From Escherichia coli (GTDB lineage: Bacteria > Pseudomonadota > Gammaproteobacteria > Enterobacterales > Enterobacteriaceae), in the NCBI RefSeq assembly GCF_003334765.1, contig NZ_QOWT01000041.1: a stretch of 30,887 bases of DNA; one strand, written 5' to 3'. A program made the position numbers and the translations under genes. Positions 18,347 to 30,887 of this stretch are shown one piece after another. The first letter of the stretch is position 1. Each line of letters starts with the position of its first letter. The notes below the pieces were generated by a model, which was not told the DNA's origin, searched no databases, and worked only from the letters and a program-made list of their open reading frames with translations.

Positions 18347-21300
18347 TTACTCGTTATCAGAACCGCCCAGACCTGCGTTCAGCAGTTCTGCCAGGCTGGC
18401 AGATGCGTCTTCTGCAGTCACCTGCGGTGCAGCCGGAGCTTCACCCGCAGCACGGCGACGCATACGATCCTGGTGGTACGCGTAACCGGTACCTGCCGGG
18501 ATCAGACGACCCACGATAACGTTCTCTTTCAGGCCGCGCAGTTCGTCGCGTTTGCCCGCAACGGCTGCTTCGGTCAGCACGCGAGTGGTCTCCTGGAACG
18601 ATGCCGCGGAGATGAAGGACTCGGTTGCCAGAGACGCTTTGGTGATACCCAGCAGATCGCGGGAGTAAGTTGCACCCACTTTGCCGTTCGCTTCCAGTTC
18701 GCGGTTTGCGATCTTGACGCGAGAGTATTCAACCTGTTCGCCTTCCAGGAAGTCGGAGCTACCCGCGTTAACGATGGTAGCTTTACGCAGCATCTGACGA
18801 ACGATAACTTCGATGTGTTTATCGTTAATCTTAACGCCCTGCAGACGGTATACGTCCTGTACTTCGTTAACGATGTAACGAGTAACAGCATGAACACCAC
18901 GCAGACGCAGAATGTCGTGCGGCGCTTCCGGACCGTCGGAAATTACGTCACCACGTTCTACACGTTCACCTTCGAACACGTTGAGCTGACGCCATTTCGG
19001 AATCATCTCTTCGTACGGATCGCTACCGTCTACCGGGGTGATAACCAGACGACGTTTACCTTTGGTTTCTTTACCGAAGGAAACGATACCGCTGATTTCA
19101 GCCAGGATTGCCGGCTCTTTCGGACGACGTGCTTCGAACAGGTCCGCAACGCGCGGCAGACCACCGGTGATGTCCTTGGTACCGCCGGATTCCTGCGGAA
19201 TACGCGCCAGGGTGTCACCAGAGCTGATCTGTACGCCATCTTCCAGCTGAACAATCGCTTTACCCGGCAGGAAGTACTGCGCTGGCATATCGGTACCTGG
19301 GATCAGAACGTCGTTACCCTGAGCATCAACGATTTTCAGTGCCGGACGCAGATCTTTACCACCTGCGGTACGTTCTGCGGAATCCAGAACCACCAGCGAA
19401 GACAGACCGGTCAGTTCGTCGGTCTGACGCGTAATGGTCTGGCCGTCGATCATGTCAGTAAAGCGTACAAAACCGCTTACTTCGGTGATAACCGGCATGG
19501 TGTGCGGGTCCCAGTTTGCAACGGTTTCGCCGCCAGCAACCTGTTCGCCATCGCCTTTCGCCAGTACCGCACCGTAAGGTACTTTGTAGCTTTCTTTAGT
19601 ACGACCGAATTCGTCGATCAGTTTCAGTTCAGTATTACGGGAAGTGATAACCAGTTTACCGCTGGAGTTCACAACCGACTTCACGTTGCTGAGCTTGATG
19701 CTACCTTTGTTTTTCACTTGGATGCTGGATTCAGCAGCCGCACGAGATGCCGCACCACCGATGTGGAACGTACGCATGGTCAGCTGTGTACCCGGTTCAC
19801 CGATGGACTGTGCCGCGATAACACCGATTGCTTCACCCTTGTTGATGATGTGGCCACGCGCCAGGTCACGACCGTAGCAGTGCGCACATACACCAAAGTC
19901 GGTGTCACAAGATACAACAGAACGTACTTTAACCGCGTCGACAGAGTTCTCTTCCAGCAGGTCACACCACTGTTCGTGCAGCAGCGTGTTGCGCGGAACG
20001 AGGATATCAGCAGTACCCGGCTTCAGAACGTCTTCAGCAGTTACACGACCCAGTACGCGATCGCGCAGCGGCTCTTTAACGTCACCACCCTCGATAACCG
20101 GAGTCATCATGATACCTTCATGGGTACCACAATCGTCTTCGGTAACCACCAGGTCCTGCGCCACGTCAACCAGACGACGAGTCAGGTAACCGGAGTTCGC
20201 AGTTTTCAGTGCGGTATCCGCCAGACCTTTACGAGCACCGTGGGTGGAGATGAAGTACTGGAGTACGTTCAGACCTTCACGGAAGTTCGCGGTGATTGGC
20301 GTTTCGATGATGGAGCCATCCGGCTTCGCCATCAGACCACGCATACCAGCAAGCTGACGAATCTGTGCCGCAGAACCACGCGCACCGGAGTCGGCCATCA
20401 TGTAGATGCTGTTGAAGGAAACCTGCTTCTCTTCCTGACCGTCACGGTTAATCACGGTTTCAGTTTGCAGGTTATCCATCATCGCTTTGGATACACGATC
20501 GTTCGCCGCAGCCCAGATATCGATAACTTTGTTGTAGCGTTCGCCCGCAGTTACCAGACCAGACTGGAACTGCTCCTGAATTTCAGCAACTTCTGCTTCT
20601 GCCTCGGAGATGATTTCGTGTTTCTTCTCCGGGATGACCATGTCATCGATACCAACAGATGCACCAGAACGCGCTGCATAGGCGAAGCCGGTGTACATGA
20701 TCTGGTCCGCAAAAATAACGGTCGGTTTCAGACCGAGAATGCGGTAGCAGGTGTTCAGCATTTTGGAGATTGCTTTTTTACCCAGCGCCTGGTTGACGAT
20801 GGAGTAAGGCAGACCTTTCGGTACAATCATCCACAGAATGGCACGGCCAACAGTCGTGTCTTTCAGGCTGGTTTTCGCTACTAATTCACCGTTAGCATCT
20901 TTTTCATACTCGGTGATACGCACTTTAACGCGCGCATGCAGAGAAGCCAGACCAGAGCGATACAGACGTTCTGCTTCTTTCGGGCCAGTCAGCACCATGC
21001 CTTCGCCTTTGGCGTTAACACAGTCACGGGTCATGTAGTACAGACCCAGTACAACGTCCTGAGACGGAACGATGATTGGTTCGCCGTTCGCCGGGGACAG
21101 GATGTTGTTGGTAGACATCATCAGCGCACGCGCTTCCAGCTGGGCTTCCAGCGTCAGCGGTACGTGAACAGCCATCTGGTCACCATCGAAGTCGGCGTTA
21201 TATGCCGCACAAACCAGCGGGTGCAGCTGGATAGCTTTACCTTCGATCAGTACCGGTTCAAATGCCTGGATACCCAGACGGTGCAGAGTCGGTGCACGGT

Positions 21301-22570
21301 TCAGCAGTACCGGGTGTTCGCGGATAACTTCGTCCAGGATATCCCAAACGACAGCTTCTTCGCGCTCAACCATTTTCTTCGCAGCTTTAATGGTGGTAGC
21401 AAGACCACGCAGTTCCAGCTTGCCGTAGATGAACGGTTTGAACAGCTCCAGTGCCATTTTCTTCGGCAGACCGCACTGATGCAGACGCAGGTATGGACCT
21501 ACGGTGATTACAGAACGACCGGAGTAGTCAACACGCTTACCGAGCAGGTTCTGACGGAAACGACCCTGTTTACCTTTGATCATGTCGGCCAAAGATTTCA
21601 GAGGACGCTTGTTAGAACCGGTGATCGCACGACCGCGACGACCGTTATCCAGCAGGGCGTCTACCGCTTCCTGCAGCATACGTTTTTCGTTACGTACGAT
21701 GATGTCCGGCGCAGCCAGATCCAGCAGACGTTTCAGACGGTTGTTACGGTTAATGACGCGACGATACAGATCGTTCAGGTCAGAAGTCGCGAAACGACCA
21801 CCATCCAGCGGAACCAGCGGACGCAGATCTGGCGGCAGTACCGGCAGAACGGTCAGGATCATCCACTCTGGTTTGTTACCAGACTGAACGAACGCTTCCA
21901 GCAGTTTGATACGCTTGGTCAGCTTTTTACGCTTGGTTTCGGAGTTGGTTTCGTTCAGCTCTTCACGCAGCTGTTCGCACTCTTGCTCCAGATCCATGCT
22001 CTTCAGCAGAGCCTGGATTGCTTCCGCCCCCATCTTCGCGTCGAATTCGTCACCGAACTCTTCCAGCGCGTCCAGATACTGCTCTTCAGTCAGGATCTGC
22101 TGACGTTCCAGGTTGGTCATACCGCCTTCGATAACCACATAGGATTCAAAGTACAGTACGCGTTCGATATCGCGCAGCGGCATATCGAGCAGCAGACCGA
22201 TACGGGACGGCAGCGATTTCAGGAACCAGATGTGCGCAGTCGGGGAAGCCAGTTCGATGTGGCCCATACGCTCACGGCGTACTTTAGTCTGGGTCACTTC
22301 AACGCCGCACTTCTCACAGATGACGCCACGGTGTTTCAGGCGCTTGTACTTACCGCACAGGCACTCGTAATCTTTTACCGGCCCAAAGATACGGGCGCAG
22401 AAAAGGCCGTCACGTTCTGGTTTGAACGTACGGTAGTTGATGGTTTCCGGCTTTTTAACTTCACCGAAAGACCATGAACGGATCATGTCTGGCGAAGCCA
22501 GAGCAATTTTGATCGCATCAAACTCTTCGGTTTTAGTCTGCGCTTTCAGAAACTTTAATAAATCTTTCAC
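18347..22570 (-). CDS. rpoC: RNA polymerase beta' subunit
   Basis: 1407-aa ORF containing the catalytic NADFDGD motif and the N-terminal zinc-binding cysteines. The C terminus ...[10 protein letters not shown] matches E. coli. Confidence 0.99.
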
Positions 22571-22646
22571 GGATTTGCTCCCGTCGGAGTTAGCACAATC
22601 CGCTGCCGGGTTTTAACCCGACAGCAGTGACCTGTTTGAGCGAGAA

Positions 22647-25600
22647 TTACTCGTCTTCCAGTTCGATGTTGATACCCAGCGAACGAATCTCTTTCAACAA
22701 TACGTTGAAGGATTCTGGCATGCCCGGCTCCATCTGATGGTTGCCGTCCACGATGTTTTTATACATCTTGGTACGACCGTTCACGTCATCAGACTTAACG
22801 GTGAGCATTTCCTGCAGGGTGTATGCTGCGCCGTATGCTTCCAGCGCCCACACTTCCATCTCCCCGAAACGCTGACCACCGAACTGTGCCTTACCACCCA
22901 GCGGCTGCTGAGTAACCAGGCTGTAAGAACCGGTGGAACGCGCGTGCATCTTGTCGTCGACCAGGTGGTTCAGTTTCAGCATGTACATGTAACCAACGGT
23001 TACCGGACGCTCGAACTGTTCACCAGTGCGACCATCGTACAGGCGGATCTGACCGGAAGTCGGCAGGTCGCCAAGTTTCAGCAGCTCTTTAATTTCTGCT
23101 TCTTTCGCACCGTCGAACACCGGCGTTGCGATTGGCATACCTTTGCGCAGGTTTTCAGCCAGACGCATAACTTCTTCATCGCTGAAGGTACTCAGGTCAA
23201 CTTTCTGACGAACGTCAGCGCCCAGATCGTACGCACGCTGGATGAATTCGCGCAGTTTCGCGACTTCTTGCTGCTGTTTCAGCATGGCGTTGATCTTGTC
23301 GCCGATACCTTTCGCAGCCATACCCAGGTGGGTTTCGAGGATCTGACCGATGTTCATACGAGACGGTACGCCCAGCGGGTTCAGTACGATGTCTACCGGC
23401 GTACCGTTTTCATCGTAAGGCATATCTTCGATCGGGTTGATCTTAGAAATTACACCCTTGTTACCGTGACGACCTGCCATCTTGTCACCAGGCTGGATAC
23501 GGCGTTTAACCGCCAGATATACCTTAACAATCTTCAGCACGCCCGGTGCCAGATCGTCGCCCTGGGTGATTTTGCGGCGTTTCGCTTCGAGTTTCTTCTC
23601 GAACTCGTGTTTCAGTTCGTCATACTGCTCAGCCAGCTGTTCCAGCTGATTTTGTTTCTCTTCGTCTGTCAGGCCCAGCTCCAGCCAGCGATCGCGCGGC
23701 AGTTTGTCGAGCTTCTCAGCTTCAACGCCACCGGCTACCAGCACAGCACGGATACGGCTGAACAGACCCGCTTCGAGGATCTGCAGTTCTTCAGACAGGT
23801 CTTTCTTCGCCTGTTTGAGCTGCATTTCTTCGATTTCCAGCGCACGTTTGTCTTTTTCTACGCCATCGCGAGTAAAGACCTGAACGTCGATAACCGTACC
23901 GGATACACCGTTTGGTACGCGCAGAGAAGAGTCTTTAACGTCAGAGGCTTTCTCACCGAAGATCGCACGCAGCAGTTTTTCTTCTGGGGTCAGCTGAGTT
24001 TCACCTTTCGGCGTTACCTTACCAACCAGAATGTCGCCACCGGTCACTTCCGCACCAATGTAAACGATACCGGATTCATCCAGTTTGGAGAGCGCAGCTT
24101 CACCCACGTTCGGGATGTCAGCGGTGATCTCTTCCGGACCCAGCTTGGTGTCACGGGACACACACGCCAGTTCCTGAATGTGGATGGTGGTGAAACGGTC
24201 TTCCTGAACAACACGCTCGGATACGAGGATGGAGTCTTCGAAGTTGTAACCATTCCACGGCATGAACGCTACGCGCATGTTCTGACCAAGCGCCAGTTCA
24301 CCGAGGTCGGTGGACGGACCGTCTGCCAGCACGTCGCCACGTTCAACCGGTTCACCCAGAGACACACACGGCATCTGGTTGATACAGGTGTTCTGGTTAG
24401 AACGGGTGTATTTGGTCAGGTTGTAGATGTCGATACCTGCTTCACCCGGATACATCTCGTCTTCGTTAACTTTGATAACGATACGGGAAGCATCCACGTA
24501 CTGAACGACACCACCACGTTTAGCTACCGCAGTTACACCGGAGTCAACGGCAACAGCACGTTCCATACCAGTACCAACCAGCGGCTTATCAGCGCGCAGA
24601 GTCGGAACGGCCTGACGTTGCATGTTCGCACCCATCAATGCACGGTTGGCGTCATCGTGTTCCAGGAACGGGATCAGGGACGCACCGACGGATACCACCT
24701 GCTGGGTGGATACGTCCATGTAGTCAACCTGGTCGCGGCTGAACAAGCTGGATTCGCCTTTGCTACGGCAAGTTACCAGGTCTTCTACGAAGTGGCCTTC
24801 TTCATCCAAGTTGGAGTTCGCCTGGGCGATAACGTAGTTGCCTTCTTCGATAGCAGACAGGTAGTGAATTTCGTCAGTTACAACACCGTCGGTCACTTTA
24901 CGATACGGAGTCTCAAGGAAGCCGTATTCGTTAGTCTGTGCGTACACGGACAGAGAGTTGATCAGACCGATGTTCGGACCTTCAGGGGTTTCGATTGGAC
25001 ATACGCGACCGTAGTGAGTCGGGTGTACGTCTCGAACTTCGAAGCCTGCACGTTCACGGGTCAGACCGCCTGGGCCGAGTGCGGAGATACGACGTTTGTG
25101 CGTAATCTCAGACAGCGGGTTGTTCTGGTCCATAAACTGAGACAGCTGGCTGGAACCGAAGAACTCTTTCACTGCTGCGGAAATCGGCTTGGCGTTGATC
25201 ATATCCTGTGGCATCAGGGTATCCAGATCGCCCAGAGACAGACGCTCTTTCACCGCACGCTCTACACGTACCAGGCCAACGCGGAACTGGTTTTCCGCCA
25301 TTTCGCCAACGGAACGGATACGACGGTTGCCGAGGTGGTCGATATCATCGACTTCGCCTTTACCGTTACGGATATCGATGAGCTTTTTCATAACATCAAT
25401 GATGTCGTCTTTGCTCAGGATACCGGAACCTTCGATTTCTTCGCGCAGCAGAGAACGGTTGAACTTCATACGACCAACCGCAGACAAGTCATAACGGTCT
25501 TCGGAGAAGAACAGGTTCTCGAACAGGCTTTCAGCTGCTTCACGAGTCGGCGGCTCGCCAGGGCGCATCATGCGGTAGATTTCTACCAGTGCGCTCAGAC

Positions 25601-26675
25601 GGTCGTTAGTTGGGTCGACACGTAAGGTTTCAGAGATATATGGGCCGTGATCCAGATCGTTGGTGAACAGCGTTTCGATACGCTTGTGACCAGACTGGCT
25701 CAGCTTAGCCAGCAGATCCAGGCTCAGCTCCATGTTCGCTGCGCAGATCAGCTCGCCGGTAGACTCATCAATATAGTCTTTAGCAACCACTTTACCTGCG
25801 ATGTACTCAACCGGGACTTCGATCAGTTTGACGTCGTCTTTTTCCAGCTGGCGAATGTGGCGCGCAGTGATACGGCGGCCTTTTTCTACGTACACTTTAC
25901 CGTTAGCTTCGATGTCAAAAGATGCGGTTTCACCACGCAGGCGTTCCGGCACCAGTTCCATCTGCAGCTTGTTATCACGGATTTCAAAGATAACTTTTTC
26001 AAAGAACAGGTCGAGGATCTGCTCTGTGGTGTAGTTCAGGGCGCGCAGAATGATGGTCGCAGGCAGTTTACGGCGACGGTCGATACGTACGAACAGGTTG
26101 TCCTTCGGATCGAATTCGAAGTCCAGCCAGGAACCACGGTAAGGGATGATACGCGCGTTATACAGCACTTTACCCGAAGAGTGGGTTTTACCTTTGTCGG
26201 AGTCAAAGAAGACGCCCGGACTACGGTGCAGCTGGGAAACGATAACACGCTCAGTACCGTTGATAACAAAGGTACCGTTGTCTGTCATGAGCGGAATTTC
26301 GCCCATGTAGACTTCTTGTTCTTTAATGTCTTTTACGGTGCCTTCCGGCGCTTCGCGCTCATAGATCACCAGACGCAGTTTAACGCGCAGCGGTGCGGAA
26401 TAGGTCACGCCACGGATTTGACATTCCTGGACGTCAAACACCGGTTCGCCAAGGCGGTAGCTGACGTATTGCAGCTCGGAATTACCGCTGTAGCTCTGAA
26501 TCGGGAATACGGAACGGAAAGCAGCTTCCAGACCATACTGCCCTTCAGGATCTTGCTCGATAAATTTCTGAAACGAGTCAAGCTGGATAGAAAGGAGATA
26601 AGGTACATCCAGAACTTGTGGACGTTTACCAAAATCCTTACGAATACGTTTTTTCTCGGTATAGGAGTAAACCAT
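22647..26675 (-). CDS. rpoB: RNA polymerase beta subunit
   Basis: 1342 aa from the ATG at 26675 ([16 protein letters not shown]...), preceded by GAGGA. The tracked 1353-aa ORF adds 11 upstream codons. The rifampicin region is wild type. Confidence 0.99.
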
Positions 26676-26921
26676 AGGGTTCCTCAGCTCGCTGACAAGT
26701 CGACCCATCTGTCCATTGAGCGGACAGTTTGTGCAACACTATTTTGTTGACCGGAAAATGGAACACTTTCCGCAATGCCTGTTGCTATCACGCTTAAACC
26801 ATTTCATTGCGATTTACACAGAACGGACGTCCTGTCGCAGTATATTAAGTCGTCGATAGAAACAAGCATTGAAAGGCACAGCAGTAGTCAAACAGTGTGA
26901 AACGCTACTGGCGCCTTACAG

Positions 26922-26955
26922 CGCAAAAAGGCTGGTGACTAAAAAGTCACCAGCC
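26922..26955 (-). terminator. rplL-rpoB intercistronic attenuator
   Basis: Minus strand: GGCTGGTGAC-TTTTTA-GTCACCAGCC followed by TTTTTGCGC, 40 nt after the rplL stop. This position matches the known partial terminator that sets the r-protein to RNAP subunit ratio. Confidence 0.85.
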
Positions 26956-26994
26956 ATCAGCCTGATTTCTCAGGCTGCAACCGGAAGGGTTGGC

Positions 26995-27360
<366 letters not shown>

Positions 27361-27426
27361 TTAAATTGTTCCTGAATATCAGAATAAGTTTATACGTAAG
27401 CGAATGCGTTAAAAAGATAACTGCGA

Positions 27427-27924
27427 TTAAGCAGCTTCTTTCGCATCGCGTACAGCAGCCAGAGTACGAACCAGTTTGCCAGCCGAAGCTTCTTTCATGG
27501 TTGCCATCAGGCGTGCAATTGCTTCTTCGTAGGTCGGCAGAGTTGCCAGGCGGTCGATCTGAGACGCCGGGATCAGCTCACCTTCAAAGGCAGCGGCTTT
27601 GACCTCAAATTTTGCATTCGCTTTCGCGAACTCTTTGAACAGACGAGCAGCAGCGCCCGGGTGTTCCATAGAGTATGCAATCAGGGTCGGACCAACAAAC
27701 GCGTCTTTCAGGCACTCGAACGGAGTACCTTCAACAGCACGGCGCAGCAGGGTGTTACGAACAACACGCATGTATACGCCAGCTTCGCGACCTGCTTTAC
27801 GCAGTTCAGTCATTTTATCTACAGTTACGCCACGGGAATCCGCAACTACTGCAGACAGCGCGCCTTTGGCTACTTCGCTGACTTCAGCAACAATCGCTTG
27901 TTTGTCTTGAAGATTTAAAGCCAT
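27427..27924 (-). CDS. rplJ: 50S ribosomal protein L10
   Basis: 165-aa [66 protein letters not shown]... Confidence 0.99.
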
Positions 27925-28279
27925 TAGCTTTGCTCCTGGATGTTTGCCAGAGAAAATCTCTGGAACTCACTTCACTCCTCCAAACGGAGAGAGCGTCTTA
28001 ATTACGGTGAGCAGAAACAAGCCAGAATATAAAAGAATAATCTTAGCGTTCTGTCACCGTCTACGCAGGGGATTAAGTTTCTTGCGAAACTCCTGCGGTC
28101 TTCGACGGAGGCCTGGATAGGCCAGGCTCCAACGAACAAATCTTTTCTATCCGTCGCTATTCAGCTTGTGACGGCGTTGGCTTCCTTCATTCGCACCAGT
28201 CACATAGTTAGCTATGCTCCTGGCGACTCACTCAGTTGCCGCCTTGCCACAACCCGAATATCTCGGATATACGTCTGCA
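27925..28279 (-). promoter_or_regulatory. Long rplJ 5' leader (L10-(L7/L12)4 autoregulatory region)
   Basis: About 350-nt untranslated, highly structured interval between the PL10 promoter and the rplJ ATG. This is the known site of translational feedback by the L10-L12 complex. I did not map the exact operator. Confidence 0.7.
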
Positions 28280-28285
28280 TTAAGC

Positions 28286-28314
28286 ATTATACGTGGGGGT
28301 AAGATTGTAGACAA
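28286..28314 (-). promoter_or_regulatory. PL10 promoter (rplJL-rpoBC)
   Basis: Minus strand: -35 TTGTCT (28309-28314), 17-nt spacer, -10 TATAAT (28286-28291). It lies just downstream of the rplA stop. Confidence 0.75.
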
Positions 28315-28336
28315 AATCACCGCCCACGTAAAGGCA

Positions 28337-29565
<1,229 letters not shown>

Positions 29566-29571
29566 CGCGAA

Positions 29572-29600
29572 ATTGTATTCCAATCTCACGCCTTGTGCAA
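29572..29600 (-). promoter_or_regulatory. PL11 promoter (rplKA)
   Basis: Minus strand: -35 TTGCAC (29595-29600), 17-nt spacer, -10 TACAAT (29572-29577). Confidence 0.75.
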
Positions 29601-29631
29601 CGATTAAATCGCCGCTTTTTTGATCGCTGGG

Positions 29632-30177
29632 TTAGGCTTTTTCAACCTGGCTGAAGTCCAGCTCTACCGGGGTCGCACGACCGAAGATAGAAACAGACAC
29701 TTTCAGACGAGATTTCTCGTAATCCACTTCTTCAACAACACCGTTGAAGTCAGCGAACGGACCATCATTAACACGGACCATTTCACCCGGTTCAAACAGC
29801 GTTTTCGGACGCGGCTTATCACCAACCTGCTGCAGGCGGTTCATAATCGCATCGACTTCTTTATCGCTGATTGGCGCAGGACGATCGGAAGTACCGCCGA
29901 TGAAGCCCATCACACGCGGTACGCTGCGCACCAGGTGCCAGCTCGCGTCGTTCATCACCATCTGAACGAGGACGTAGCCAGGGAAGAATTTACGTTCGCT
30001 TTTGCGACGCTGACCGCCACGGATTTCAACCACTTCTTCGGTTGGTACCATGACTTCACCAAACAAATCTTCCATGTTGTGTAATTTGATATGCTCACGC
30101 AGCGACGTTGCTACGCGGCCTTCAAAACCGGAAAACGCCTGAACGACGTACCAGCGCTTTTTAGGAGCTTCAGACAT
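29632..30177 (-). CDS. nusG: Transcription termination/antitermination factor NusG
   Basis: 181-aa [54 protein letters not shown]... with NGN and KOW domains. Confidence 0.99.
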
Positions 30178-30178
30178 C

Positions 30179-30562
30179 TCAGAACCTCAGGCCAGTGATA
30201 AAGGATACCAGGCGAACCAGAATACCATCCAGTCCCCACAGGATCAGTGACATTACTGCGGTAACCGCAGCCACAATCAGCGTGGTGTGCAATGTTTCCT
30301 GGCGAGTCGGCCAAATGACCTTACGGACTTCGGTACGCGCTTCACGGGCAAAAGCAACGGTAGCTTTACCTTTTGTCGTTAACAGCGCGACACCACCCGC
30401 TGCAGCAATCAGAATTACTACGGCCAGCGCACGCAGCGGCAGCATAATGTCGCGATAAAGATAGTTGCCGACAATCGCCACCAGGAGCAATGCCACCACA
30501 ACGACCCACTTCATCGCTTCCAGGCCGCGCCCGCTTCCTTGAGCTTCGGTATTCGCACTCAT
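30179..30562 (-). CDS. secE: Protein translocase subunit SecE
   Basis: 127-aa ORF with three hydrophobic segments. Its stop lies 1 nt before the nusG ATG. Confidence 0.98.
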
Positions 30563-30648
30563 AAACCAACCTGTCAGAAGTTTTCTACAAACATTTTCAC
30601 CCCGCGATCGCGAGGCAAACCAAATCGAAACGCGTATTAGCTTTTCGG

Positions 30649-30676
30649 ATTATACGCCCTCAACAGAGCCTGTCTC
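30649..30676 (-). promoter_or_regulatory. Candidate secE-nusG promoter
   Basis: Minus strand: GAGACA (30671-30676), 16-nt spacer, TATAAT (30649-30654), about 85 nt upstream of the secE ATG. Confidence 0.5.
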
Positions 30677-30732
30677 AGCAATGATTATGACAAAGAAAAT
30701 CACTGATGAGCCAGGTTCTGGTACGAAAGCGT

Positions 30733-30761
30733 GCAAAAAGGGCATCAAATGATGCCCTTTT
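30733..30761 (-). terminator. tufB intrinsic terminator
   Basis: Minus strand: AAGGGCATC-ATTT-GATGCCCTT followed by TTTGC, about 30 nt after the tufB stop. Confidence 0.85.
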
Positions 30762-30791
30762 AGTGCGCATTGCGTCAAATGTTATCGGCAA

Positions 30792-30887
<96 letters not shown>

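Noticed and set aside
25077-25157. Possible rifampicin-resistance mutations in the rpoB cluster I region
   Set aside because: The translation reads [32 protein letters not shown], which is wild type at D516, H526 and S531.
26676-26708. 11-codon N-terminal extension of rpoB ([11 protein letters not shown]-)
   Set aside because: The ATG at 26675 is preceded by GAGGA at correct spacing and yields the canonical [10 protein letters not shown] terminus.
18473-26750. Very long plus-strand ORFs (803, 513, 962 and 367 aa) antisense to rpoC and rpoB
   Set aside because: They lie in the codon-aligned antisense frame; I checked the arithmetic ((22570-18475) and (26675-22739) are multiples of 3). Antisense stops in that frame correspond to sense codons TTA, CTA and TCA, which highly expressed E. 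coli genes avoid. The translations are low-complexity and rich in Val, Thr, Phe, Arg and Gln, with no start-site signals. They are a by-product of codon bias, not genes.

Overview
I found no novel multi-gene system; this window reads as ordinary core chromosome. Identifications rest on protein sequences and regulatory sites I recognise, with no database search. It is collinear, in reverse orientation, with the Escherichia coli K-12 purH-to-tufB region (about 90 min). Order left to right: rrnE P1 promoter (reading out of the window), purHD, zraRS / zraP (divergent sigma54 regulon), yjaH, hupA, yjaG, nfi, hemE, nudC, rsd, TPP riboswitch plus thiCEFSGH, an sroH-like small RNA unit, yjaZ (htrC), rpoC, rpoB, rplL, rplJ, rplA, rplK, nusG, secE and the 3' end of tufB. 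Gene lengths, junctions and known control elements match expectation: PurR box, ZraR palindromes, thi-box, PL10 and PL11 promoters, rplL-rpoB attenuator, rpoC and tufB terminators. There are no CRISPR arrays, IS elements, integrases, tRNA-linked islands or defence-like cassettes. The one poorly understood patch is the AT-rich thiH-rpoC gap (17.19-18.35 kb). It holds the orphan gene yjaZ, a convergent small RNA unit and an untracked 51-codon hydrophobic ORF antisense to that RNA. The type I toxin-antitoxin reading of that arrangement is a low-prior hypothesis only. Other observations are structural details: terminators embedded in convergent or downstream coding sequence, a 36-bp palindrome in the purH leader, a consensus DnaA box and a Chi orientation bias.
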